Below are positions 23,623 through 36,367 of a stretch of 64,000 nt of DNA, piece after piece. Every line of letters starts with the position of its first letter. Within the stretch, counting starts at the first letter, position 1. This DNA comes from the human T2T-CHM13v2.0 reference genome, Homo sapiens: NCBI GenBank assembly GCA_009914755.4, contig CP068257.2, positions 11,104,001-11,168,000 on the forward strand, written 5' to 3'. The position numbers were made by a program, and so were the translations under genes. Below the pieces are notes generated by a model. That model made no database searches. It saw only the letters and a program-made list of their open reading frames with translations, and was not told the DNA's origin.

Positions 23623-25492
23623 AAAAATAGAGTTTCAAAGCTGCTCTGTAAAAAGAAAGGTTCCACTCTGTTAGCTGAGTACACACATCACAAACTTGTT
23701 TCTGAGAATCCTTCTGTCTCGTTTTTATGGGAAGATATTTACTTTTCCACCGTAGGCATCAAAGCGCTCCAAATGTCCACATCCAGATACTCCAGAACGA
23801 GTGTTTCAAACCTGCTCTATGAAAGGGAATCTTCAACTCTATGAGTTGAATGCAGACATCAGAAAGAAATTTCTGAGAATGCTGCTGTCTACCTTTTATT
23901 TGAATTCCCGCTTCCAACGAAATCCTCCAAGCTATCCAAATATCCACCTGCATTTTCCACAAAAAGAGTGTTTCAAAACTGCTCTATCAATAGAAATGTT
24001 CAACTCCTTTGGCTGGGTACACACATCACAAACAAGTTTCTGAGAATGCTTCTGTCTAGTTTTTATGGGAAGACATTCCCTTTTTCACCAAAGACATCAA
24101 AGCGCTCCAAATGTCCACTTCCAGACACTACAAAAAGAGTGTTTCAAACGTGCTCTAAGAAAGCGAATGTTCAACTTTGTGACTTGAATGCAGATATCAC
24201 AAAGTAGTTTCTGAGAGGGCTTCTGTCTAGATTTTAGATGATGATATTCCCGTTTCCAACGAAATCATTAGAGCTATCCAAATATCCACTTACAGTTTCT
24301 ACAAAAAGAGTGTTTCCAAACTGCTGCATCAAAAGAGAGGTTCCACTCTGTTAGCTGAGTACACACATCACAAACTTGTTTCTCAGAATCCTTCTGTCTC
24401 GTTTTTATGGGAAGATATTTACTTTTTCACCGTAGGCATCAAAGCGCTCCAAATGTCCACATCCAGATACTCCAGAAAGAGTGTTTCAAACCTGCTCTAT
24501 GAAAGGGAATCTTCAACTCTATGAGTTGAATGCAGACATCAGAAAGAAATTTCTGAGAATGCTGCTGTCTACCTTTTATTTGAATTCCCGCTTCCAACGA
24601 AATCCTCCAAGCTATCCAAATATCCACTTGCAGATTCCACAAAAAGAGTGTTTCAAAACTGCTCTCTATCAATGGCAAAGTTCAACTCTGTTAGTTGAGG
24701 ACACATATCACCAACAAGTTTCTGAGAATGCTTCTGTCTATTTTTTATGGGAAGATATTTCCTTTTTCACCGTAGGCGTCAAGGCGATCGAAATGTCCAC
24801 TTCCACAAACTACAAAAAGAGTGTTTCAAACCTGCTCTATGAAAGGCCATGTTCATCTCTATGAGTTGAATGGAAATATCCGAAAGAAATTTCTGGGAAT
24901 GCTGCTGTCTAGTGTTTATACGAATTCCCGCTTCCAACGTAATCCTCAAAGCAATCCAAATATCCACTTGCAGAATCCACAAAAAGAGTGTTTCAAAACT
25001 GCTCTATCAATAGAAAGGTTCAACTCTTTTAGTTGAGTACACACATCACGAACAAGTTTCTGAGAATGCTTCTGTCTGGCTTTTATTGGAAGACGTTTCC
25101 TTTTCACCAAAGGCATCAAAGCGCTCCAAATGTCCACTTCCAGATTCTTCCAAAAGAGTGTTTCAAACGTGCTCAAAGTAAGGGAATGTTCAACTCTGTG
25201 ACTTGAATGCAGATATCACCAAGTAGTTTCTAATAGTGCTTCTGTCTACATTTTAGATGATGATATTCCCGTTTCCAACGAAATCGCTAGAGCTATCCAA
25301 ATATCCAGTTACAGTTTCTACCAAAAGGGTGTTTCCAAATTGCTGCATCAAAAGAAAGGTTCAACTCTGTTAGTTGAGGACACACATCACAAAGAAGTTT
25401 GTGAGAATGCTTCTGTCTAGGTTTTGTATGACGATATTCCCTTTTCCAACGATATCGTTAAAGCAATCTAAATATCAATTTGCAGAATCCAC
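23623..25492 (-). repeat. HOR unit 14 (11-mer, 1870 bp; A* haplotype)
   Basis: Same marker set as unit 12 ('caactttgtgac', 'cgtaat', 'ctaggttttg'). Confidence 0.9.
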
Positions 25493-27361
25493 AAAAATAG
25501 AGTTTCAAAGCTGCTCTGTAAAAAGAAAGGTTCCACTCTGTTAGCTGAGTACACACATCACAAACTTGTTTCTCAGAATCCTTCTGTCTCGTTTTTATGG
25601 GAAGATACTTACTTTTCCACCGTAGGCATCAAAGCGCTCCAAATGTCCACATCCAGATACTCCAGAACGAGTGTTTCAAACCTGCTCTATGAAAGGGAAT
25701 CTTCAACTCTATGAGTTGAATGCAGACATCAGAAAGAAATTTCTGAGAATGCTGCTGTCTACCTTTTATTTGAATTCCCGCTTCCAACGAAATCCTCCAA
25801 GCTATCCAAATATCCACCTGCATTTTCCACAACAAGAGTGTTTCAAAACTGCTCTATCAATAGAAATGTTCAACTCCTTTGGCTGGGTACACACATCACA
25901 AACAAGTTTCTGAGAATGCTTCTGTCTAGTTTTTATGGGAAGACGTTCCCTTTTTCACCAAAGGCATCAAAGCGCTCCAAATGTCCACTTCCAGACACTA
26001 CAAAAAGAGTGTTTCAAACGTGCTCTAAGAAAGCGAATGTTCAACTCTGTGACTTGAATGCACATATCACAAAGTAGTTTCTGAGAGGGCTTCTGTCTAG
26101 ATTTTAGATGATGATATTCCCGTTTCCAACAAAATCATTAGAGCTTCCAAATATCCACTTACAGTTTCTACAAAAAGAGTGTTTCCAAACTGCTGCATCA
26201 AAAGAGAGGTTCCACTCTGTTAGCTGAGTACACACATCACAAACTTGTTTCTCAGAATCCTTCTGTCTCGTTTTTATGGGAAGATATTTACTTTTTCACC
26301 GTAGGCATCAAAGCGCTCCAAATGTCCACATCCAGATACTCCAGAAAGAGTGTTTCAAACCTGCCCTATGAAAGGGAATCTTCAACTCTATGAGTTGAAT
26401 GCAGACATCAGAAAGAAATTTCTGAGAATGCTGCTGTCTACCTTTTATTTGAATTCCCGCTTCCAACGAAATCCTCCAAGCTATCCAAATATCCACTTGC
26501 AGATTCCACAAAAAGAGTGTTTCAAAACTGCTCTCTATCAATGGCAAAGTTCAACTCTGTTAGTTGAGGACACATATCACCAACAAGTTTCTGAGAATGC
26601 TTCTGTCTATTTTTTATGGGAAGATATTTCCTTTTTCACCGTAGGCGTCAAGGCGATCGAAATGTCCACTTCCACAAACTACAAAAAGAGTGTTTCAAAC
26701 CTGCTCTATGAAAGGCCATGTTCATCTCTATGAGTTGAATGGAAATATCCGAAAGAAATTTCTGGGAATGCTGCTGTCTAGTGTTTATACGAATTCCCGC
26801 TTCCAACGAAATCCTCAAAGCAATCCAAATATCCACTTGCAGAATCCACAAAAAGAGTGTTTCAAAACTGCTCTATCAATAGAAAGGTTCAACTCTTTTA
26901 GTTGAGTACACACATCACGAACAAGTTTCTGAGAATGCTTCTGTCTGGCTTTTATTGGAAGACGTTTCCTTTTCAACAAAGGCATCAAAGCGCTCCAAAT
27001 GTCCACTTCCAGATTCTTCCAAAAGAGTGTTTCAAACGTGCTCAAAGTAAGGGAATGTTCAACTCTGTGACTTGAATGCAGATATCACCAAGTAGTTTCT
27101 AATAGTGCTTCTGCCTACATTTTAGATGATGATATTCCCTTTTCCAACGAAATCGTTAGAGCTATCCAAATATCCAGTTACAGTTTCTACCAAAAGGGTG
27201 TTTCCAAATTGCTGCATCAAAAGAAAGGTTCAACTCTGTTAGTTGAGGACACACATCACAAAGAAGTTTGTGAGAATGCTTCTGTCTAGATTTTGTATGA
27301 CGATATTCCCTTTTCCAACGATATCGTTAAAGCAATCTAAATATCAATTTGCAGAATCCAC
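25493..27361 (-). repeat. HOR unit 15 (11-mer, 1869 bp; B0 haplotype)
   Basis: Same markers as units 11 and 13 except 'gtaagggaatg'. m4 box CAAA (26118-26134). m10 box CCCT. Confidence 0.9.
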
Positions 27362-29231
27362 AAAAATAGAGTTTCAAAGCTGCTCTGTAAAAAGAAAGGT
27401 TCCACTCTGTTAGCTGAGTACACACATCACAAACTTGTTTCTGAGAATCCTTCTGTCTCGTTTTTATGGGAAGATATTTACTTTTCCACCGTAGGCATCA
27501 AAGCGCTCCAAATGTCCACATCCAGATACTCCAGAACGAGTGTTTCAAACCTGCTCTATGAAAGGGAATCTTCAACTCTATGAGTTGAATGCAGACATCA
27601 GAAAGAAATTTCTGAGAATGCTGCTGTCTACCTTTTATTTGAATTCCCGCTTCCAACGAAATCCTCCAAGCTATCCAAATATCCACCTGCATTTTCCACA
27701 AAAAGAGTGTTTCAAAACTGCTCTATCAATAGAAATGTTCAACTCCTTTGGCTGGGTACACACATCACAAACAAGTTTCTGAGAATGCTTCTGTCTAGTT
27801 TTTATGGGAAGACATTCCCTTTTTCACCAAAGACATCAAAGCGCTCCAAATGTCCACTTCCAGACACTACAAAAAGAGTGTTTCAAACGTGCTCTAAGAA
27901 AGCGAATGTTCAACTCTGTGACTTGAATGCAGATATCACAAAGTAGTTTCTGAGAGGGCTTCTGTCTAGATTTTAGATGATGATATTCCCGTTTCCAACG
28001 AAATCATTAGAGCTATCCAAATATCCACTTACAGTTTCTACAAAAAGAGTGTTTCCAAACTGCTGCATCAAAAGAGAGGTTCCACTCTGTTAGCTGAGTA
28101 CACACATCACAAACTTGTTTCTCAGAATCCTTCTGTCTCGTTTTTATGGGAAGATATTTACTTTTTCACCGTAGGCATCAAAGCGCTCCAAATGTCCACA
28201 TCCAGATACTCCAGAAAGAGTGTTTCAAACCTGCTCTATGAAAGGGAATCTTCAACTCTATGAGTTGAATGCAGACATCAGAAAGAAATTTCTGAGAATG
28301 CTGCTGTCTACCTTTTATTTGAATTCCCGCTTCCAACGAAATCCTCCAAGCTATCCAAATATCCACTTGCAGATTCCACAAAAAGAGTGTTTCAAAACTG
28401 CTCTCTATCAATGGCAAAGTTCAACTCTGTTAGTTGAGGACACATATCACCAACAAGTTTCTGAGAATGCTTCTGTCTATTTTTTATGGGAAGATATTTC
28501 CTTTTTCACCGTAGGCGTCAAGGCGATCGAAATGTCCACTTCCACAAACTACAAAAAGAGTGTTTCAAACCTGCTCTATGAAAGGCCATGTTCATCTCTA
28601 TGAGTTGAATGGAAATATCCGAAAGAAATTTCTGGGAATGCTGCTGTCTAGTGTTTATACGAATTCCCGCTTCCAACGTAATCCTCAAAGCAATCCAAAT
28701 ATCCACTTGCAGAATCCACAAAAAGAGTGTTTCAAAACTGCTCTATCAATAGAAAGGTTCAACTCTTTTAGTTGAGTACACACATCACGAACAAGTTTCT
28801 GAGAATGCTTCTGTCTGGCTTTTATTGGAAGACGTTTCCTTTTCACCAAAGGCATCAAAGCGCTCCAAATGTCCACTTCCAGATTCTTCCAAAAGAGTGT
28901 TTCAAACGTGCTCAAAGTAAGGGAATGTTCAACTCTGTGACTTGAATGCAGATATCACCAAGTAGTTTCTAATAGTGCTTCTGTCTACATTTTAGATGAT
29001 GATATTCCCGTTTCCAACGAAATCGCTAGAGCTATCCAAATATCCAGTTACAGTTTCTACCAAAAGGGTGTTTCCAAATTGCTGCATCAAAAGAAAGGTT
29101 CAACTCTGTTAGTTGAGGACACACATCACAAAGAAGTTTGTGAGAATGCTTCTGTCTAGATTTTGTATGACGATATTCCCTTTTCCAACGATATCGTTAA
29201 AGCAATCTAAATATCAATTTGCAGAATCCAC
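27362..29231 (-). repeat. HOR unit 16 (11-mer, 1870 bp; A*-like haplotype)
   Basis: KTSKRSK-type m3, 'cgtaat', 'cgctagag', but 'caactctgtgac' and 'ctagattttg', i.e. slightly diverged from units 12 and 14. Confidence 0.9.
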
Positions 29232-30759
29232 AAAAATAGAGTTTCAAAGCTGCTCTGTAAAAAGAAAGGTTCCACTCTGTTAGCTGAGTACACACATCAC
29301 AAACTTGTTTCTCAGAATCCTTCTGTCTCGTTTTTATGGGAAGATACTTACTTTTCCACCGTAGGCATCAAAGCGCTCCAAATGTCCACATCCAGATACT
29401 CCAGAACGAGTGTTTCAAACCTGCTCTATGAAAGGGAATCTTCAACTCTATGAGTTGAATGCAGACATCAGAAAGAAATTTCTGAGAATGCTGCTGTCTA
29501 CCTTTTATTTGAATTCCCGCTTCCAACGAAATCCTCCAAGCTATCCAAATATCCACCTGCATTTTCCACAACAAGAGTGTTTCAAAACTGCTCTATCAAT
29601 AGAAATGTTCAACTCCTTTGGCTGGGTACACACATCACAAACAAGTTTCTGAGAATGCTTCTGTCTAGTTTTTATGGGAAGACGTTCCCTTTTTCACCAA
29701 AGGCATCCAAGCGCTCCAAATGTCCACATCCAGATACTCCAGAAAGAGTGTTTCAAACCTGCTCTATGAAAGGGAATCTTCAACTCTATGAGTTGAATGC
29801 AGACATCAGAAAGAAATTTCTGAGAATGCTGCTGTCTACCTTTTATTTGAATTCCCGCTTCCAACGAAATCCTCCAAGCTATCCAAATATCCACTTGCAG
29901 ATTCCACAAAAAGAGTGTTTCAAAACTGCTCTCTATCAATGGCAAAGTTCAACTCTGTTAGTTGAGGACACATATCACCAACAAGTTTCTGAGAATGCTT
30001 CTGTCTATTTTTTATGGGAAGATATTTCCTTTTTCACCATAGGCGTCAAGGCGATCGAAATGTCCACTTCCACAAACTACAAAAAGAGTGTTTCAAACCT
30101 GCTCTATGAAAGGCCATGTTCATCTCTATGAGTTGAATGGAAATATCCGAAAGAAATTTCTGGGAATGCTGCTGTCTAGTGTTTATACGAATTCCCGCTT
30201 CCAACGAAATCCTCAAAGCAATCCAAATATCCACTTGCAGAATCCACAAAAAGAGTGTTTCAAAACTGCTCTATCAATAGAAAGGTTCAACTCTTTTAGT
30301 TGAGTACACACATCACGAACAAGTTTCTGAGAATGCTTCTGTCTGGCTTTTATTGGAAGACGTTTCCTTTTCAACAAAGGCATCAAAGCGCTCCAAATGT
30401 CCACTTCCAGATTCTTCCAAAAGAGTGTTTCAAACGTGCTCAAAGTAAGGGAATGTTCAACTCTGTGACTTGAATGCAGATATCACCAAGTAGTTTCTAA
30501 TAGTGCTTCTGCCTACATTTTAGATGATGATATTCCCTTTTCCAACGAAATCGTTAGAGCTATCCAAATATCCAGTTACAGTTTCTACCAAAAGGGTGTT
30601 TCCAAATTGCTGCATCAAAAGAAAGGTTCAACTCTGTTAGTTGAGGACACACATCACAAAGAAGTTTGTGAGAATGCTTCTGTCTAGATTTTGTATGACG
30701 ATATTCCCTTTTCCAACGATATCGTTAAAGCAATCTAAATATCAATTTGCAGAATCCAC
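29232..30759 (-). repeat. HOR unit 17: 9-mer deletion variant (1528 bp; m1, m2, m3/5 fusion, m6-m11)
   Basis: Anchor spacing 1528 bp, i.e. 2 x 171 bp missing. The m3 end joins the m5 end inside the shared 'aaagcgctccaaatgtccac' tract. The junction is marked by the unique 'ggcatccaagcgc' at ~29705-29730. m7 'caccataggcg', m9 'ttcaacaaagg', m10 'ctgcctac' with box CCCT. Confidence 0.9.
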
Positions 30760-32629
30760 AAAAATAGAGTTTCAAAGCTGCTCTGTAAAAAGAAAGGTTC
30801 CACTCTGTTAGCTGAGTACACACATCACAAACTTGTTTCTGAGAATCCTTCTGTCTCGTTTTTATGGGAAGATATTTACTTTTCCACCGTAGGCATCAAA
30901 GCGCTCCAAATGTCCACATCCAGATACTCCAGAACGAGTGTTTCAAACCTGCTCTATGAAAGGGAATCTTCAACTCTATGAGTTGAATGCAGACATCAGA
31001 AAGAAATTTCTGAGAATGCTGCTGTCTACCTTTTATTTGAATTCCCGCTTCCAACGAAATCCTCCAAGCTATCCAAATATCCACCTGCATTTTCCACAAA
31101 AAGAGTGTTTCAAAACTGCTCTATCAATAGAAATGTTCAACTCCTTTGGCTGGGTACACACATCACAAACAAGTTTCTGAGAATGCTTCTGTCTAGTTTT
31201 TATGGGAAGACATTCCCTTTTTCACCAAAGACATCAAAGCGCTCCAAATGTCCACTTCCAGACACTACAAAAAGAGTGTTTCAAACGTGCTCTAAGAAAG
31301 CGAATGTTCAACTCTGTGACTTGAATGCAGATATCACAAAGTAGTTTCTGAGAGGGCTTCTGTCTAGATTTTAGATGATGATATTCCCGTTTCCAACGAA
31401 ATCATTAGAGCTATCCAAATATCCACTTACAGTTTCTACAAAAAGAGTGTTTCCAAACTGCTGCATCAAAAGAGAGGTTCCACTCTGTTAGCTGAGTACA
31501 CACATCACAAACTTGTTTCTCAGAATCCTTCTGTCTCGTTTTTATGGGAAGATATTTACTTTTTCACCGTAGGCATCAAAGCGCTCCAAATGTCCACATC
31601 CAGATACTCCAGAAAGAGTGTTTCAAACCTGCTCTATGAAAGGGAATCTTCAACTCTATGAGTTGAATGCAGACATCAGAAAGAAATTTCTGAGAATGCT
31701 GCTGTCTACCTTTTATTTGAATTCCCGCTTCCAACGAAATCCTCCAAGCTATCCAAATATCCACTTGCAGATTCCACAAAAAGAGTGTTTCAAAACTGCT
31801 CTCTATCAATGGCAAAGTTCAACTCTGTTAGTTGAGGACACATATCACCAACAAGTTTCTGAGAATGCTTCTGTCTATTTTTTATGGGAAGATATTTCCT
31901 TTTTCACCGTAGGCGTCAAGGCGATCGAAATGTCCACTTCCACAAACTACAAAAAGAGTGTTTCAAACCTGCTCTATGAAAGGCCATGTTCATCTCTATG
32001 AGTTGAATGGAAATATCCGAAAGAAATTTCTGGGAATGCTGCTGTCTAGTGTTTATACGAATTCCCGCTTCCAACGTAATCCTCAAAGCAATCCAAATAT
32101 CCACTTGCAGAATCCACAAAAAGAGTGTTTCAAAACTGCTCTATCAATAGAAAGGTTCAACTCTTTTAGTTGAGTACACACATCACGAACAAGTTTCTGA
32201 GAATGCTTCTGTCTGGCTTTTATTGGAAGACGTTTCCTTTTCACCAAAGGCATCAAAGCGCTCCAAATGTCCACTTCCAGATTCTTCCAAAAGAGTGTTT
32301 CAAACGTGCTCAAAGTAAGGGAATGTTCAACTCTGTGACTTGAATGCAGATATCACCAAGTAGTTTCTAATAGTGCTTCTGTCTACATTTTAGATGATGA
32401 TATTCCCGTTTCCAACGAAATCGCTAGAGCTATCCAAATATCCAGTTACAGTTTCTACCAAAAGGGTGTTTCCAAATTGCTGCATCAAAAGAAAGGTTCA
32501 ACTCTGTTAGTTGAGGACACACATCACAAAGAAGTTTGTGAGAATGCTTCTGTCTAGGTTTTGTATGACGATATTCCCTTTTCCAACGATATCGTTAAAG
32601 CAATCTAAATATCAATTTGCAGAATCCAC
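30760..32629 (-). repeat. HOR unit 18 (11-mer, 1870 bp; haplotype A)
   Basis: m1 'tctgagaatcc...gatatttacttttcc'. m3 'gacattccc/gacatcaaag'. 'gcagatatc'. m8 'cgtaat'. m10 intact box with 'cgctagag'. m11 'ctaggttttg'. Confidence 0.9.
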
Positions 32630-34497
32630 AAAAATAGAGTTTCAAAGCTGCTCTGTAAAAAGAAAGGTTCCACTCTGTTAGCTGAGTACACACATCACAA
32701 ACTTGTTTCTCAGAATCCTTCTGTCTCGTTTTTATGGGAAGATACTTACTTTTCCACCGTAGGCATCAAAGCGCTCCAAATGTCCACATCCAGATACTCC
32801 AGAACGAGTGTTTCAAACCTGCTCTATGAAAGGGAATCTTCAACTCTATGAGTTGAATGCAGACATCAGAAAGAAATTTCTGAGAATGCTGCTGTCTACC
32901 TTTTATTTGAATTCCCGCTTCCAACGAAATCCTCCAAGCTATCCAAATATCCACCTGCATTTTCCACAACAAGAGTGTTTCAAAACTGCTCTATCAATAG
33001 AAATGTTCAACTCCTTTGGCTGGGTACACACATCACAAACAAGTTTCTGAGAATGCTTCTGTCTAGTTTTTATGGGAAGACGTTCCCTTTTTCACCAAAG
33101 GCATCAAAGCGCTCCAAATGTCCACTTCCAGACACTACAAAAAGAGTGTTTCAAACGTGCTCTAAGAAAGCGAATGTTCAACTCTGTGACTTGAATGCAC
33201 ATATCACAAAGTAGTTTCTGAGAGGGCTTCTGTCTAGATTTTAGATGATGATATTCCCGTTTCCAACAAAATCATTAGAGCTTCCAAATATCCACTTACA
33301 GTTTCTACAAAAAGAGTGTTTCCAAACTGCTGCATCAAAAGAGAGGTTCCACTCTGTTAGCTGAGTACACACATCACAAACTTGTTTCTCAGAATCCTTC
33401 TGTCTCGTTTTTATGGGAAGATTATACTTTTTCACCGTAGGCATCAAAGCGCTCCAAATGTCCACATCCAGATACTCCAGAAAGAGTGTTTCAAACCTGC
33501 CCTATGAAAGGGAATCTTCAACTCTATGAGTTGAATGCAGACATCAGAAAGAAATTTCTGAGAATGCTGCTGTCTACCTTTTATTTGAATTCCCGCTTCC
33601 AACGAAATCCTCCAAGCTATCCAAATATCCACTTGCAGATTCCACAAAAAGAGTGTTTCAAAACTGCTCTCTATCAATGGCAAAGTTCAACTCTGTTAGT
33701 TGAGGACACATATCACCAACAAGTTTCTGAGAATGCTTCTGTCTATTTTTTATGGGAAGATATTTCCTTTTTCACCGTAGGCGTCAAGGCGATCGAAATG
33801 TCCACTTCCACAAACTACAAAAAGAGTGTTTCAAACCTGCTCTATGAAAGGCCATGTTCATCTCTATGAGTTGAATGGAAATATCCGAAAGAAATTTCTG
33901 GGAATGCTGCTGTCTAGTGTTTATACGAATTCCCGCTTCCAACGAAATCCTCAAAGCAATCCAAATATCCACTTGCAGAATCCACAAAAAGAGTGTTTCA
34001 AAACTGCTCTATCAATAGAAAGGTTCAACTCTTTTAGTTGAGTACACACATCACGAACAAGTTTCTGAGAATGCTTCTGTCTGGCTTTTATTGGAAGACG
34101 TTTCCTTTTCAACAAAGGCATCAAAGCGCTCCAAATGTCCACTTCCAGATTCTTCCAAAAGAGTGTTTCAAACGTGCTCAAAGTAAGGGAATGTTCAACT
34201 CTGTGACTTGAATGCAGATATCACCAAGTAGTTTCTAATAGTGCTTCTGCCTACATTTTAGATGATGATATTCCCTTTTCCAACGAAATCGTTAGAGCTA
34301 TCCAAATATCCAGTTACAGTTTCTACCAAAAGGGTGTTTCCAAATTGCTGCATCAAAAGAAAGGTTCAACTCTGTTAGTTGAGGACACACATCACAAAGA
34401 AGTTTGTGAGAATGCTTCTGTCTAGATTTTGTATGACGATATTCCCTTTTCCAACGATATCGTTAAAGCAATCTAAATATCAATTTGCAGAATCCAC
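32630..34497 (-). repeat. HOR unit 19 (11-mer, 1868 bp; haplotype B1)
   Basis: 'gcacatatc'. m4 box CAAA (33255-33271). Indel 'gggaagattatac' (~33415). m6 'cctgccctatg'. m9 'ttcaacaaagg'. m10 'ctgcctac' with box CCCT. Confidence 0.9.
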
Positions 34498-36367
34498 AAA
34501 AATAGAGTTTCAAAGCTGCTCTGTAAAAAGAAAGGTTCCACTCTGTTAGCTGAGTACACACATCACAAACTTGTTTCTGAGAATCCTTCTGTCTCGTTTT
34601 TATGGGAAGATATTTACTTTTCCACCGTAGGCATCAAAGCGCTCCAAATGTCCACATCCAGATACTCCAGAACGAGTGTTTCAAACCTGCTCTATGAAAG
34701 GGAATCTTCAACTCTATGAGTTGAATGCAGACATCAGAAAGAAATTTCTGAGAATGCTGCTGTCTACCTTTTATTTGAATTCCCGCTTCCAACGAAATCC
34801 TCCAAGCTATCCAAATATCCACCTGCATTTTCCACAAAAAGAGTGTTTCAAAACTGCTCTATCAATAGAAATGTTCAACTCCTTTGGCTGGGTACACACA
34901 TCACAAACAAGTTTCTGAGAATGCTTCTGTCTAGTTTTTATGGGAAGACATTCCCTTTTTCACCAAAGACATCAAAGCGCTCCAAATGTCCACTTCCAGA
35001 CACTACAAAAAGAGTGTTTCAAACGTGCTCTAAGAAAGCGAATGTTCAACTCTGTGACTTGAATGCAGATATCACAAAGTAGTTTCTGAGAGGGCTTCTG
35101 TCTAGATTTTAGATGATGATATTCCCGTTTCCAACGAAATCATTAGAGCTATCCAAATATCCACTTACAGTTTCTACAAAAAGAGTGTTTCCAAACTGCT
35201 GCATCAAAAGAGAGGTTCCACTCTGTTAGCCGAGTACACACATCACAAACTTGTTTCTCAGAATCCTTCTGTCTCGTTTTTATGGGAAGATATTTACTTT
35301 TTCACCGTAGGCATCAAAGCGCTCCAAATGTCCACATCCAGATACTCCAGAAAGAGTGTTTCAAACCTGCTCTATGAAAGGGAATCTTCAACTCTATGAG
35401 TTGAATGCAGACATCAGAAAGAAATTTCTGAGAATGCTGCTGTCTACCTTTTATTTGAATTCCCGCTTCCAACGAAATCCTCCAAGCTATCCAAATATCC
35501 ACTTGCAGATTCCACAAAAAGAGTGTTTCAAAACTGCTCTCTATCAATGGCAAAGTTCAACTCTGTTAGTTGAGGACACATATCACCAACAAGTTTCTGA
35601 GAATGCTTCTGTCTATTTTTTATGGGAAGATATTTCCTTTTTCACCGTAGGCGTCAAGGCGATCGAAATGTCCACTTCCACAAACTACAAAAAGAGTGTT
35701 TCAAACCTGCTCTATGAAAGGCCATGTTCATCTCTATGAGTTGAATGGAAATATCCGAAAGAAATTTCTGGGAATGCTGCTGTCTAGTGTTTATACGAAT
35801 TCCCGCTTCCAACGAAATCCTCAAAGCAATCCAAATATCCACTTGCAGAATCCACAAAAAGAGTGTTTCAAAACTGCTCTATCAATAGAAAGGTTCAACT
35901 CTTTTAGTTGAGTACACACATCACGAACAAGTTTCTGAGAATGCTTCTGTCTGGCTTTTATTGGAAGACGTTTCCTTTTCACCAAAGGCATCAAAGCGCT
36001 CCAAATGTCCACTTCCAGATTCTTCCAAAAGAGTGTTTCAAACGTGCTCAAAGTAAGGGAATGTTCAACTCTGTGACTTGAATGCAGATATCACCAAGTA
36101 GTTTCTAATAGTGCTTCTGTCTACATTTTAGATGATGATATTCCCGTTTCCAACGAAATCGCTAGAGCTATCCAAATATCCAGTTACAGTTTCTACCAAA
36201 AGGGTGTTTCCAAATTGCTGCATCAAAAGAAAGGTTCAACTCTGTTAGTTGAGGACACACATCACAAAGAAGTTTGTGAGAATGCTTCTGTCTAGATTTT
36301 GTATGACGATATTCCCTTTTCCAACGATATCGTTAAAGCAATCTAAATATCAATTTGCAGAATCCAC
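34498..36367 (-). repeat. HOR unit 20 (11-mer, 1870 bp; haplotype C)
   Basis: A-like first half. m5 'gccgag' (35221). m8 'cgaaat'. m10 intact box. m11 'ctagattttg'. Confidence 0.9.

Larger units (their letters stand above)
18015..29231 (-). repeat. Three copies of a 3739-bp two-unit (22-monomer) alternation B0 + A*
   Basis: Units 11/12, 13/14 and 15/16. 'gcacatatc', 'cctgccctatg' and 'ctgcctac' recur every 3739 bp (18360, 22099, 25838). 'gacatcaaag' and 'cgtaat' recur in the alternate units (20229, 23968, 27707). Confidence 0.85.
29232..36367 (-). repeat. Super-repeat copy S1 (7136 bp = 42 monomers: 9-mer + A + B1 + C)
   Basis: Units 17-20. The 184-aa junction ORF recurs at 29577 and 36713, and the B1 74-aa ORF recurs at 33241 and 40377, both with a 7136-bp period. 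Confidence 0.88.

Noticed and set aside
29577-30131. The 184-aa ORF, longest in the window and present six times, as a candidate novel gene
   Set aside because: It exists only in the 9-mer variant, where the m3/m5 deletion junction removes the stop that normally separates the 79-aa and 127-aa frame artefacts. It is a marker of the deletion, not a gene.
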